Source of the DNA: Paraphysomonas bandaiensis
Lineage: Eukaryota; Protista; Chrysophyceae
Assembly: GCA_965644295.1 (NCBI GenBank)
Contig: CBFFRP010000461.1
Coordinates: forward strand, 62,001-126,000
Length of the DNA: 64,000 bases
Reading direction: 5' to 3'
The position numbers and the translations under genes are program-made. The notes beneath the pieces were generated by a model. That model was given only the letters and a program-made list of their open reading frames with translations. It was not told the origin of the DNA and did no database searches. Positions 23,719 to 36,064 of the stretch are shown one piece after another (the first letter of the stretch is position 1; each line of letters begins with the position of its first letter).

Positions 23719-25713
23719 ATGCACAAGTTTTGGAGACAAATATCTACTCCAAGACCATTCATTTATGTGCGGTTCCCTAAATATATAGAGGAGTATGTAA
23801 GAAAAAAGGAAGCAGACCGTTTTTCAAAGCTATTCGCTCATCCAGTTGTCAGTACTCTCTTTGGCGGTGTGATGACTATATGTGGAGGCTTTCTATCCAT
23901 GTGGTGGATTAAAGAACAAGAAAAAAATCAGAATAAGAAAATAGATAATGAATTGTACCTGACACAATGCGAATCACTGAAAAAACACGTAATGTCTGCT
24001 GAGAAAAGTCTAATTCATTCAAGAGAGTCGTTTGTACGTGGTCTGGGCAAAGATGTAATACATGTTGCATTAGAAAAATCTCATAGAGATGCCCAAAAGG
24101 CTTTGGAAATATATGATGGGCTTTCAAGTGCTCGACAGGCACAATTCTCGAAAGACCGAGGGTACAACAACATGTCCCTGATACACTTGATATCGCATAT
24201 TGAATATCACATTGGTTCGTTGTTATTACAAGAATTTGATTGTACAAATGCCAAATTAGAACTTGCACGCTCTTTGGCTAACCGTATTGCAATCGGTGAC
24301 GACGGGCAACACGTCGATAATGAAATATATTGCAGTAAAATTAAAATTGCCGATGCGTTAAGCCAGTCCCGGGAATTAAGCATTGCACTAAGGTTATATG
24401 ATGATATAGCTGCACCAATGAAGCAGTCCCATTTATTGTCTACATTTTGGAAAGCGAGAGCATTGAATAATATGGCAATTGTTTACTTTGCCAAGGGGCG
24501 TGATCAGCAGGCACTTGACGGAATGTCGAAGACGGTGGAAGTAGTTTCAGATTATTTGAACAAATTAAATGCGATAGCACCAAACTCCGGAGATGTCATT
24601 GCTGACATACAGCGACTAAAAAAAATGTTAGTGGAGAATAAAAAATCATCGGACAGGCTCCCTTGTAAAGAGTTTTGTGATTTAGTTTCCCTGGGTTCCG
24701 TGAGTACAGTTGATATTTTGCATTTGCCACATATTGAAGAGATTGAAGATAATGAAAAGACGATAAAGAACTTGAAATCTGTGTTCAATGACCATCATGT
24801 CGCGGTATTTGCCTATGAATGCTTGGAACGAATTCGTTTAATTACACGAAAGCATTGCATAGCTGCCGCGAACTGTGTGAACATCCAATCATGTCCTTAT
24901 TCTGATATCTCTCCGTCGTCTGTTTCTTTGGTTGAACTGATGAAAAAACTATTCGAGTTGCCATGCAATGATAAATTATACAAGGAGCTGGACAGTGAGT
25001 GGGTGCAACAAGAAGGCAGTCTGAGAATGCTTTCAGCTATTTCTTCGGGAATGATAAAATTACTGGATATGGAATTACGAAAGTCTGGAAGTTCTATGAA
25101 GACAGACGAATGGATTATGTTTTTAGATTCACTGACTGAATCGCTTGTGAAAAAATCTAATTCAAATGTAAACCAAGTTCCTGATATTCACAGGGCTTAT
25201 GCTAATTTTGTAAGAGCCCGGTTTTTAATTTTAGTGGGGGAAAATGATAAAGCCGAAAAGGAACTTGCACATATTCGAGAGTGGACACTTCACGAACAAG
25301 AAATTGCCAGGAAGAAGTTAAAGCGTTTGCAAGCAGATGGAGTCATGTGGCCTCAATCAGGCGTTCCTCCGCGTCATGCGCGACTACAGGTATCCAGCCT
25401 TTTAATGCTCATGAGCTTACAACCCGAAGGATATTCCCAAGATGATAAAGCAGCTCTGGATTTTGCTTTGGAATCGTTTCATATGGAAAGCGATGAACAC
25501 CCTCTGTTAAATGCTGCTAACTCCGCGAAAAACGATTCAAGTTTTCACTGTTCCTGGTTCCTGAAATTTCCTTCTCAGTCTGCATGTGCGGTCCCAGGAA
25601 CATCGGTGCATAAGGATGATAATTTAATTGACTACAGTCAATTGCTAATTGATGCTGAAGCATCTGCAAAAAAGTGGGAAAATCTGCCTGACAACAATTT
25701 TGGTGAAGCTTAA
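23719..25713 (+). CDS. Hypothetical alpha-helical TPR-like protein with one N-terminal transmembrane segment
   Basis: Intronless 664 aa. TM-like VVSTLFGGVMTICGGFLSMWWI. TPR-like helices such as ARALNNMAIVYFAKGRDQQALDGMSKTV and ARFLILVGENDKAEKEL. Confidence 0.7.
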   Translation: MHKFWRQISTPRPFIYVRFPKYIEEYVRKKEADRFSKLFAHPVVSTLFGGVMTICGGFLSMWWIKEQEKNQNKKIDNELYLTQCESLKKHVMSAEKSLIHSRESFVRGLGKDVIHVALEKSHRDAQKALEIYDGLSSARQAQFSKDRGYNNMSLIHLISHIEYHIGSLLLQEFDCTNAKLELARSLANRIAIGDDGQHVDNEIYCSKIKIADALSQSRELSIALRLYDDIAAPMKQSHLLSTFWKARALNNMAIVYFAKGRDQQALDGMSKTVEVVSDYLNKLNAIAPNSGDVIADIQRLKKMLVENKKSSDRLPCKEFCDLVSLGSVSTVDILHLPHIEEIEDNEKTIKNLKSVFNDHHVAVFAYECLERIRLITRKHCIAAANCVNIQSCPYSDISPSSVSLVELMKKLFELPCNDKLYKELDSEWVQQEGSLRMLSAISSGMIKLLDMELRKSGSSMKTDEWIMFLDSLTESLVKKSNSNVNQVPDIHRAYANFVRARFLILVGENDKAEKELAHIREWTLHEQEIARKKLKRLQADGVMWPQSGVPPRHARLQVSSLLMLMSLQPEGYSQDDKAALDFALESFHMESDEHPLLNAANSAKNDSSFHCSWFLKFPSQSACAVPGTSVHKDDNLIDYSQLLIDAEASAKKWENLPDNNFGEA

Positions 25714-26251
25714 TAGCAGTGGAATTGTGCGTTTTTTTGTTTTTTAGTTATTATTAGATATACCTTCTATTTATAGTTGGCTATTTACCTTTCAAAACTA
25801 TGAAATAGAGAAGGAGTTGATTACTAATAATACAGATCTAGTCCTTGATTACTCTACTAGAAACACGATCTTAATTTGAGAGACCCCGTATTACTCGTGA
25901 AGATGACTCGAAAGATTTAAGTTTAAAGAAGAGTGTTGATCTATGCAGTGGGTCTTGAGCAGAATTCAAAATAGCTAAGCACAATTATTCTACTTAATGC
26001 AATGTATAGTTTTTATGAGGGGCCGTTAAATACTGCAGATTGTGACACCTTATTATTTATTACTTGATATAAGATTTGCGCCACTTAACATCCGCAGCCA
26101 AGTGTACGAATATAATTCATGGCAAAATAGCTACCGACCAAGCAGATAGATAATCCCCACTCACTTAACCAAAACGTTTTCCAGTTTATGATAATAATAA
26201 TCAATATGCTTCTACTTCCAGGTACTCTAAACAATTTCTATTCGCATATCG

Positions 26252-29200
26252 TTATCCCCCCCCTCCCGGCCGCTTGGCTCTCAGCTTTCTTCGTGTGGTT
26301 TTCTGCTTATCTGATGCGCCAAGGCTAAATCCACCGACATTGCTCATACTGTCTGGCATGCCAGAAGCGATGCCTCCTGCTGTGCCTCCAAACCCACCAC
26401 CTCCTGTACCAAATCCAGTACTAGAAGGGTTACCTCCACCGAAAGCAAATGACGATGAGGTAGGAGCGGATGCAGCCCCACCAAATGTATTAGAACTATT
26501 TCCAAAACCTCCAAAACTCGTTTGCGACTGACCCGTCGACGCTGGACCTTGGGCACCACGAGAAATACCACCAAAGGTAGCGGAGCCACTAGCAATTCCT
26601 GCAGACGACTGACTGCCTCCGAACACAATACTATTACTTCCAATAAATCCTGACGTGGACGGGACACTCTCCGCCGGTGGGAGAAATGTATTGGTCGACA
26701 TGTTGGACGCATCTCCAGATGCATATCCTGTGTCCATCGTCGAACCAGGAGACTCAGAACCATATTGTGGTGGCGGAGGAGGTGTGTTGCGGTCCTTCGC
26801 AGTGGTGGCCGTAAATGATGAGCCAAAATTAGAGGAATTGTTAAAACTAAAATTCGGTTTTGAAGTTGGAGCGGTGGTGGAAGAAGCTACCGATGAAGAA
26901 ACTGTCTGCTTATCGAATGAAAAACTGACTGGTGGAGTTGTTGATTGTCCACTCACGCTAAATTTAAAGGACGAGCCCGACCCTGATGATCCGCCTGAAG
27001 AGCCGAACACACCTGTTACCGGTTTAGATGGTGCAGCCGATGCGGTGTTTCCAAAAGGTCCTGTTATGCCAGTAGAGGTCGACGCGGAACTAGAACTTCC
27101 AAATGTTGGTTTAATCGAAGAACTATCACTGGCAAAAGCGAATTCACTTGACTTGGGCTTTTCCGTATTTGCTGGCTCTGTAGCGGCATTCGATGTGCTT
27201 GCTCCGAATACAAATGACGGCTTAGTGGCTGCCGCAGATGAAGTCGATGCTGGTGTCACGCTTGTGCCGCCTACACCGAATGAGGGGGTAGAATTGCTTC
27301 CCATCGTCACACCAGATTGAACAGACTCCGTAGGTGGTGCAATTTTACTTCCAAACTGTGAGAATGACGGAGAACCGCCAAGCCCTGGAATAGATTCCCC
27401 TACTGATCGGTTACTTTCCTGATTTGAGGCATCTGTGGCAGCACGTTTCTTGCGACTCGATTCCTCATCAGTATTATCAGTTCCTCCAACGTTTGATTGA
27501 GCTGTTTGGGAGCTAATCTCAGAGCCTTCAGCACTTCGTTTGTTGAAACTGAAACCGGGTCCAGTTGGTGATGTTACCTTCTTACTGAAGTCTATAGCAC
27601 TGCTTGATGTAGAACTATCTGGCTGGCTGAATCCAAAACTAGATATAGATGTCTTGCTCGCCCCAGCCCCAAAAGCAAAAGATGGCACTGATATTTCTTT
27701 ATCCTTAGCCGTGTCGGATGTTGCTGTGTCGGATGTCTTTTCTTTGGGTTTAAAGACCAGAGGTGCCGACTGAGGCGCGGAACTGGAGGGTGTGGTGCCT
27801 TTATCAGACACGGAGCTATCATCCTTGCCAGATGACTGAGAAAAACTAAATGAAGTGAAGGACTTGCCAGCAGCCAATGGGTTGGCACTAAAACCGAAAG
27901 AAGGCTTCTCGGTTGTGGTGGACTCTTTTGACGTATCAGTGTTCTCTGTCTTTTTTTCATCGACAGAAATAGGCTTTGCTTCAAACGCAAAGCCCTTGCT
28001 TGTAACATCAGATGGAAGTGTCGTCGAGGAGGAAGTAGTGGGAGCTGTGGTTGATCCACCATTGCCAAATGTAATATTAGACGAGCCCGCTGGTTTGCTT
28101 GTTGAAGATGATCCTAACGAAGTGCTAGCAGACTTTTCGCCAGATACTGCACTACCGAACGAAAACCCGGCCCCACTAGAAGCAGGCTTTTCGTTAGATG
28201 ATGCGCTACCAAATGTGAACCCATTCCCACCAGATGTAGACTTAGCACTAGACGTACCACCAAATGAAAATTCACTCCCACTGGAGCTAGGCTTTTCGCT
28301 AGATGACACACTATTAAACGAAAACCCACTTGAACTTATCGCCCCATCAGATGGCTTGGAGCCACCGAATGATGCACCAGTCGCCGCAGGAGTAGAGGCA
28401 GGTCCAGACGAATCACTAGCTTCCTTAGAATTCGGCATGCTACCTGGAGTGCCCATAGGGCTCTCGCAGGACACGCACTTGGTAGCAGACTTGTCGTTAT
28501 AAACCAAACAGACTTGACACTTGACATCACCCTTCGGCATTGCCCAGGCGAATCCTGACACAACAGGTTTCTCAGTTACTGTTTCTGAATCTTTACTCAT
28601 CTCTGCACTACTCTTACTATCGCCACTGATTTTTTCTATAGTTGGAGACGTATCTAGCGAGAACTTTACGTGGGGTGTTGATGTGTCGATATTACTGGGC
28701 TTTGAGGATTTCAGTGCCACACCTGGAGTAGCTTGGCGGTCAATACCTTTAACTGACTTTTTCCCGGGTGGAGAAAATGCAAATTTTACTTTTGAAGTCG
28801 AGACTGCCGTGTCACTATCTTCATCAATACCTTCAATTGGAGTGGGGGAGTTGAACGTAAATTCAGCGTCCGCATCCATGTCCTTGTTTTTAGATGGCCC
28901 AGCTGACGACGTCTTGAGGGAAGATTTTGGAGGGGCTGCCGAGTGAATAAAGCTGGCAGCTGGCTTAGTAGATTCGTTGATCGGGTCTTCGTTCAAAACC
29001 GATCGAGGCTTGGGCTCAGTTGGAGGGCTCATAGAAGGCCCGCCAGAACGGCCTCTTTCACGTGTCCATAATTGTTCCGCTGACCCAATACTATCTCTAG
29101 CGCTGACTGGCGACTGACTCTCTACATCCTCAACCGTCACGGGAGCCGCAGGAGTTGCTTGTCTATCTCTAATGGATTTTATATTCCTACCACCTTCATT

Positions 29201-32200
29201 CAATGCAGGCGTAGACACAACCTTGGCCGTGCCAAACTTAACACTTTTCGATGCTGGTTCCTCAGACTCCTGAAATCTAACCTTTGTCTTGTTAGCAGCA
29301 GGCTCTTGTTGAGCCGGTGCAGTGGTTATAGCAGGCACTGGTTTCTTCCGTTGATCATCCAAGGAAGTAGTGATCTGCCCTAGTGTATCCAAAATTTTCT
29401 TTGCGATGGCTCCAGAGGCTGTGGATGCTCGTGACCGACCATACGAAGCCGAGTAGCTACCATCTGTCTCAGAGACAGCGCCCTGAGTGGTCATACGACG
29501 CGCCATGAGTCTCCTTTGTACACTGTTCATGCCTGGTGTTTGAGAGCGTTGAACCTGAAGTGACAATGGTACTACACCAGAGCTTGACGGACGTCCATAC
29601 CCCCTGGTGGAGGAAGAGTCGGAGAACCTTCCAGCATTTTCTTGGAAGCGGGGGGTATAAAAGAAAGGGGAAGAGCCTTGCGCAGAAGGTGTTTGCGACT
29701 CATGCATAGAGTGTTGGGGGTAACCAAATCGTCTAGTAGTCATCAATTCCCGCCCTTCAGCGCTACTACGAGGGTATCCTCTAGACCACCCACTGCGCTG
29801 GCTGTCAGTCGATGCACGCCCATGTGAAAAGGCACCGGCACTGTGCTGGAAAGAATTATACCCTGGCTCAAATGACCTGGCTTCGTAAGAATACCTTCCA
29901 TCTCGATCACGGCCTGGCCCTTCATCTTCTGAGTTATAAGCCTGGTAGCGATATTCATAAGGTTCTCCAATCTGCTGGCGCTTGTTCTCACGAACATATT
30001 GGTCTAAAGGGCTATGGGTGGGTGAAAGACTACGTTTCCTGCGCTCATAGTCACCGCCATCAGTTACACGCCTTCTTTCCCCGCGTTCCGCAAAGCGATC
30101 TCCACTTCGAACATTCGCTGCATCCGAAGTTCGTTCACCGCCTCGAGATCCACTCCTTTCTTCAAATTCTGCAGATCTCTCATACCGATTCTCCTCCCGA
30201 TTTGAACGGGCAAATTCCCGGCTTCCGGGTGCTACTGTCCGTTCCCATCCACGTGTTGAATTTTCTGTTGATGGACTCGACGTACGAGTCACTTTCCTTG
30301 AAGGAGATGTACTTCCACTTCTCTCGGATCGTTCAATTGTATGCTTCCTACTGCTAACACGTGTTTTTCGATCCTTAGACGATTCCATCTCGTTCTCAGA
30401 TATCTCAACATTGCTTTCCTCGTCAGCCTCATTTTTATCATCCTCGTCAGAGCCTACAGCAAATTCTCGAACCGGCTCTTTTGCCCGTTTCATACTGGAT
30501 TTTTGAGTCCCTCCGCGACGATCAAGTATACTACTGATATCTTTTAAGCTAGGGGTATTCTTCGAAGCACCATTGTGTCGTTTGCTTTCCAGAAGACCTT
30601 TAAAAAATGTGTACTCAGCATCAGAGAGTTCGGGGCCCTCCCCGCGGAGCATGCTCATGAATCGACTTCCTACCGCTCCCAATGCATCGTGCACCTAAAA
30701 TATGGCATCATACAAACCCTCTATAAACAATATGCTACATCACGAAAAATTTGATGCTATTCAATATTACTACTCCAATGTTGCCATACAGCAAGTAACA
30801 ACGTATCGCACCTGGTGAGATTGCGTGCGGGACGCACTGTCGTGAGGAGAGACAGAGGTGATGGGTTCAGCAAAGCTGACTACAGAAGAGCGGTCATCGT
30901 CGCTGTGTTGATTAGAGAGACTGTGAGCGTATGACGATCGCGATACGGAGGACTGTGAGTGGCGGGAATGTTGGGGGTATGTCTGAGGGGGGGGGAGATC
31001 ACCTTCATGTATGCATAAAGTTAGAATACAGTTTCCCACAACCACGCCACTGACAATAGTTGCAGGACACGAAAACGTACCTAAATGCAGAGGAATGGCA
31101 TTTTCATTATCTTCATCAATCGACCCGCTATATGGAACCTGCATGGGAGAGAGCGTAGACCCTACAGTTGCAGCTATTGATGCCGTTTCTATCGCGCAAG
31201 AGTGGTCCGCTAATTCAGTCATATCGTCTTCTTCACGCGTTGAGCCGATGGTTGCCACTACAGAAGCATTGTCATCCACCTCGTCCTTTGTTGGGGATTG
31301 GGTCGAGAGGCGTCTGTCCCTCAGAAGGGACGGGGAAGGCACAGGGCTAACGTTTGGAGAGAGGTTGGAAATACGACCATGATTGCGCTGTGCTCCATTA
31401 ACAGCTGGGCTGTACTCTTCAGAACTGAAATACTCATCTAGGTCAGATTCTTGTTCCTGCATTGTCGATTTCTTTGCTGTCACTGCAGTGGAGGTAGCAC
31501 TCTTTGTACTATTTTTGGCATTTTTTAAGGCTGAAGGGGCTGCATCTGCAAGGGAGACTGTTGCACTCGCTTGGTCAGTGGAAGACGAAAGGGTGCGACG
31601 ATGAGAGGGAGTCTTGGCCGCAGAGCGGGTTGATCGTGCACGCTTGGTTGCTGTTCTTGCTCGCGCAGGAGTGCTACGTGTATTGTACGGATTGGGCTTT
31701 ACGGTCGACCTCGATCGTGTGTTGTGTGCAGGCGAATGGGTATTATCATCATCGACATCATGTCGAGGTTTTGGGGTTGTTCGTGGAGTGCGCTCCGATA
31801 CAGGGTACTTGGCAGACGGGCTCTGACGGAGCTTAGAAACATACTTCATTCGGTCTGCTACGCCAGATTCAACTGCTTTTTTTAGATGCATAATAAGTAC
31901 GTGCTTTTTCCCTTTACATTTAATTTGGAGGGATTTTAAATATTTCTGAAGAGTGCGGTACTTCATGTCCTCAATAACCTGTCCTTTGTACATCACACGC
32001 CCTTGAGAATCATAAATGTCATCATCAAAAGTGGATACAGAAGATGCATCCGCAATTTCACTCTCAGCTGCCTCTTCGTCAGATTCTTCCTCATGATTTG
32101 AATTACTGTCAGATTGATTATCACCTGACGGCAACTCTGATGAGTTCATCTGATTTTCTAGTTCCGATGAATACACAGAAGGTTCCATATCATTCATACT

Positions 32201-32344
32201 ATTACTACTGTGGCGCTTATCATCCCCATCAACAGAGGAATCATTCTGAGAATTGTTAGAATAAGAATTTCTACTCCCCCCCCAAATAAACCCACCGACT
32301 AATCCAAACAAACCATGAGGGCTATTGTTCTCTTTTGCGCTCAT
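26252..32344 (-). CDS. Nup153/Nup1-like FG nucleoporin with N-terminal SAP-like domain and one RanBP2 zinc finger (~1965 aa)
   Basis: Exons 32344-31081, 31002-30812 and 30694-26252 join in frame through GT..AG introns (5898 nt total). W-x6-CQVC-x3-N-x6-CVSC finger, many FSFG/FTFG/FG repeats, and a basic C-terminal tail GFSLG..TRRKLRAKRP. Confidence 0.85.
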
Positions 32345-32782
32345 CGGAAAATAAATAAAATATCTAACTACACGCCCTACCTTCTATATAATTATAATTG
32401 GGCGCTATTTATATATTATGAATCCTCTCGTTCTGAGGATAGTTCATATGTATGGGCTCTGGAAGGCAGCTGAGATATACCAACACACATACTCTGCTGA
32501 CCACAGACCGGCATATAGGTACTACACACGTACTCCATCCGTAGTCTGTTGAGGTGGTGAAGTGGTAAAAAAGAATACGTCTGTATAATAAGAAAGTGAA
32601 TTGATAGAGTATCTTGAATAGATCCATATTTTTCAGTTATGTGATGAGGATTATTTATATATCAGCAGTGTGTGAGGTGCGTTAGTTAAAGGAGTGGAAT
32701 ATACTTCAAATATAAGCAATCCTCCATCATACATGTTTGATATGTCCATGTTGTATAAGATATATATGAACAATTAACTGTA

Positions 32783-34840
32783 ATGAGAAACATCATTTGC
32801 AGTATAGTTCTTTGTATATCTGTGTTACTTACCTTCATAAGTGCACACAATCCCATATATTCTGACCAGAGATCATGTGATACAATACACAACACATCCT
32901 TATCAAAAACTGAATATATTGATGCATATGAAATGTCCATATTAAGTGCTTTAGTGTATTCGAAATGGCCTGCAGCAAAAAAGAATTCGCCTAACCTACC
33001 AGTTCATGTGGAGTTTGAGATTTCTTATGGAAACAAATGGTGTGAACTCATGTTGGGAAATATGTTTAAGAGGAATATATGTAGAGCTCAAGTATATGTT
33101 CAGCAAACATTGTATCGTACTAAGTCATACTCGATTATTGCTACCCCTAAACTTGGACTTATATCAGCATATAATAGATTGTGGTATCCTTTAGCAGGCT
33201 TTTTACCTTATTATTCAAAAAATGCATCTTCGGTGAAAGCTACAGCTGATGACAAGCCAAATACTACAGAACAGCCAGCACTAAAGTCGCTCCAAAGTAT
33301 CTCAGCTTGTCCGTCAAGGAATTGTTATAGGGAGAAGTACCATCTACTATGGTTTTTTGACGGGTGGTCGGAAAACAGTGTGTGGCATGACACGGAGCTC
33401 TTGATAGCGGAAAATATTAAATCTAACACTGTAGCATTCGTATTTCGAGGAAGTGAGAGTGCCGCTGATTTATACACTAATAGCCAGCGATTCGAGCCCG
33501 CGAAGTTACGTAATTTATATCGTGGTTGCACAAATGGATCTATACATAGAGGAATGCTAAACGCTTATTTTCGTGTTAATACTGGCACCATCGTGAAGCT
33601 TAAGTCAAAGAACAATGCCAGAGCTTTCCTCGGGGCTAATTCCAGATTTGATAGACACATAGACGATATATTTGATGCGTGTAGACACCGTAAGGAGAGT
33701 ATAAAGGAGTCGTCTTTTTACTCGAGGTACTTGGGGAGGAAACACCGGGCGGAAGTTATGAATGGAAATTCTTGTGCAGTTCAGCGAACATCTCTCTCAG
33801 AAATGCTCTATAAGGCGGTTACTACTGCTCTGCGTCAAGGGAAACGGGTGATTTGTACTGGACACAGTCTGGGGGGTGCTTTGGCCTCATTGCTCGCACT
33901 GGATGTACTTATCAACTCTCACGCTGAGTCAATACATCTACCATATGTGCATAAGTTGCATTTGTATACTTATGGCGAGCCAGACTTTGCTGATAAAAGT
34001 TTTTTTAGAAGTATTATTAACAGATCGAGGTATGTGTCTTTTTTAGCCAATGAACGGTACAGGCGTTTTGTGACTATGTCCAATGCCCCGAATTGTAGAC
34101 CGGACATAGTAACTACAGTTGCGGCCCGAGCTGTCAGTATACTTGGCAATACTGTTGTTGGTAGAGTTATAGATAAAGGTACCAAACAAATACAGGATCA
34201 GAAATCTAGGGTTAGTGACGAAAACCGTATTACACAACTGCAAGATGCTGATAATGAATTTGAAAATCTATATGGAAGTACACGCGATTCGGTTACTACA
34301 GATCCAGATGCGCCTCTCAGTATATCTTCTCGGTCAAGGTTTGTAACTACCTTTAAGTTGCCTGGGGTTTTCAGAAAAACTGTAAATGTTACTCCATCTT
34401 CTCTGACGCCGAACATGACGCATTCTCATACATATACGAGTAATATCATGTCTACTCTGGATAGCACAGAAGTGGTGTACCTGACACCACCCACATATTT
34501 AAGCAGTGGTTCCGCTCGGAACAGTATGCATGCACACGGAATACAGCACTATATACGTGGAATATTACATAGTGCGTATGAGTCGGATTTATTTACTCCA
34601 GGTTGTGAATATGCTTCCAACAGTACACAATCTAACGTTAGATATAACTCAAGTTTATCGTATAGTGGAAGGTTCATGTGGAGAAAGCAACGGAATATAA
34701 ATGTTTCGGAAGAAGTGGGAAACGCAAGACCTACGATTTTATCCCATGATGTTCCTTTATATGTTTTTTCTAAACTCCAATGGTGGCTGGACGATTGTTA
34801 CAAAGAATATGATAACGGTTTCAGCACACATGTTTGTTAA
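32783..34840 (+). CDS. Secreted class-3 lipase (alpha/beta hydrolase)
   Basis: Signal peptide, FVFRGSE, IHRGM, CTGHSLGGALASL nucleophile elbow, LYTYGEP, DIV and a late His (HAHGIQHY). Confidence 0.9.
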   Translation: MRNIICSIVLCISVLLTFISAHNPIYSDQRSCDTIHNTSLSKTEYIDAYEMSILSALVYSKWPAAKKNSPNLPVHVEFEISYGNKWCELMLGNMFKRNICRAQVYVQQTLYRTKSYSIIATPKLGLISAYNRLWYPLAGFLPYYSKNASSVKATADDKPNTTEQPALKSLQSISACPSRNCYREKYHLLWFFDGWSENSVWHDTELLIAENIKSNTVAFVFRGSESAADLYTNSQRFEPAKLRNLYRGCTNGSIHRGMLNAYFRVNTGTIVKLKSKNNARAFLGANSRFDRHIDDIFDACRHRKESIKESSFYSRYLGRKHRAEVMNGNSCAVQRTSLSEMLYKAVTTALRQGKRVICTGHSLGGALASLLALDVLINSHAESIHLPYVHKLHLYTYGEPDFADKSFFRSIINRSRYVSFLANERYRRFVTMSNAPNCRPDIVTTVAARAVSILGNTVVGRVIDKGTKQIQDQKSRVSDENRITQLQDADNEFENLYGSTRDSVTTDPDAPLSISSRSRFVTTFKLPGVFRKTVNVTPSSLTPNMTHSHTYTSNIMSTLDSTEVVYLTPPTYLSSGSARNSMHAHGIQHYIRGILHSAYESDLFTPGCEYASNSTQSNVRYNSSLSYSGRFMWRKQRNINVSEEVGNARPTILSHDVPLYVFSKLQWWLDDCYKEYDNGFSTHVC

Positions 34841-36064
34841 TGGGTAGATTACATTTGTATTTTAAAGAATTTTACTATTATGTTTGTATTTGTCGACATC
34901 TCCTCAATTGTATTTCCGATGATCACTTGAATTTTCTTATGTAACTAATTAGAGGAATAGAATAAAAATAAAAACTTATAGCAATGCATGATATTCCGTA
35001 CATCTAAAACAGCGGCAAGTAGAATCACTTCTTTCACTCATATCTGCCTCATTTGAAGCACGATAGAAATAGGTTTAAGCTCCATGGGTGCTATCTTATA
35101 TGCTCCATATATAAGTATACTGGTAGGAATGACCCAATATGTGTCATCTTCACAATGATGGATTGGAGGTTAGATTTCTATGACGAATACAGATATTAAA
35201 ACTTTATCGGTAACATATCTGAACCTCAATTATAGCATACTGACATCAGCCTGAGTAACAATGTAACAATATGTTAGCACGTCTTCATTTTTTTGCTGCT
35301 ATTTGTATGGATAGCATACCAACCAAGGATGTCATTCTTCATGTTACTTATTTCTATGCACTTGATATTTTAGGCCTTCAGTAATGTTGACAATGGCACA
35401 GTTCTTGATGAGATTATAAAAATTAACTTCAGAGTACCACAACAACTACGCGGGAATGGTCATGACAATACCTCTATCACTCTCTCTATTGATGATTAAG
35501 TAATTATTGAAGATAAACTCATCTTTTTACAAGTTTACCAACACAAGAAGCGTCATCATGATATGAATGCACTAGTCATGTATAAGAACAAAACACGATA
35601 TGAATCCATATCCACTACTCGTAGTAATTCAACTACACTACACTAAAAGTAAGCTTCAAAGATATCGTCAACAACTGCCCTAGCGCCAATGGATCATTGT
35701 AACCTACACCTTTGCTCCTTATTCGTTTCTACGAAGATATCAACAATAGATACACACATACATCTACACCAATATCTTAACAAGGCCTATAAACCCTTCA
35801 TATTTATAGATTTTAGAATATAACTCCGATTTCTAGCACTGTTTTCTACATTTTATCACCCTGTATTCTATATATTATAGATTTGGTAAATTGGTGTTGT
35901 GTGTTGATTTCTATAGCTAAAAAAATCAAAGACATACAGTATATATGTATATGTATATATAGCATCATATGATACACTGTACATACAGCAGTATATATGA
36001 GGCTCAACATCATTCAATGGAATCAATTAATCACATATCAATATATACGTGTCTCTTAGTAGAA

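Noticed and set aside
26274-31836. Numerous plus-strand ORFs opposite the nucleoporin
   Set aside because: Antisense shadows of low-complexity Ser/Gly/Thr-rich coding sequence.
35020-35740. Possible small spliced gene on the minus strand between the lipase and DENN genes
   Set aside because: Only a short protein-like stretch (YWVIPTSILIYGAYKIA); no consistent exon chain could be built.
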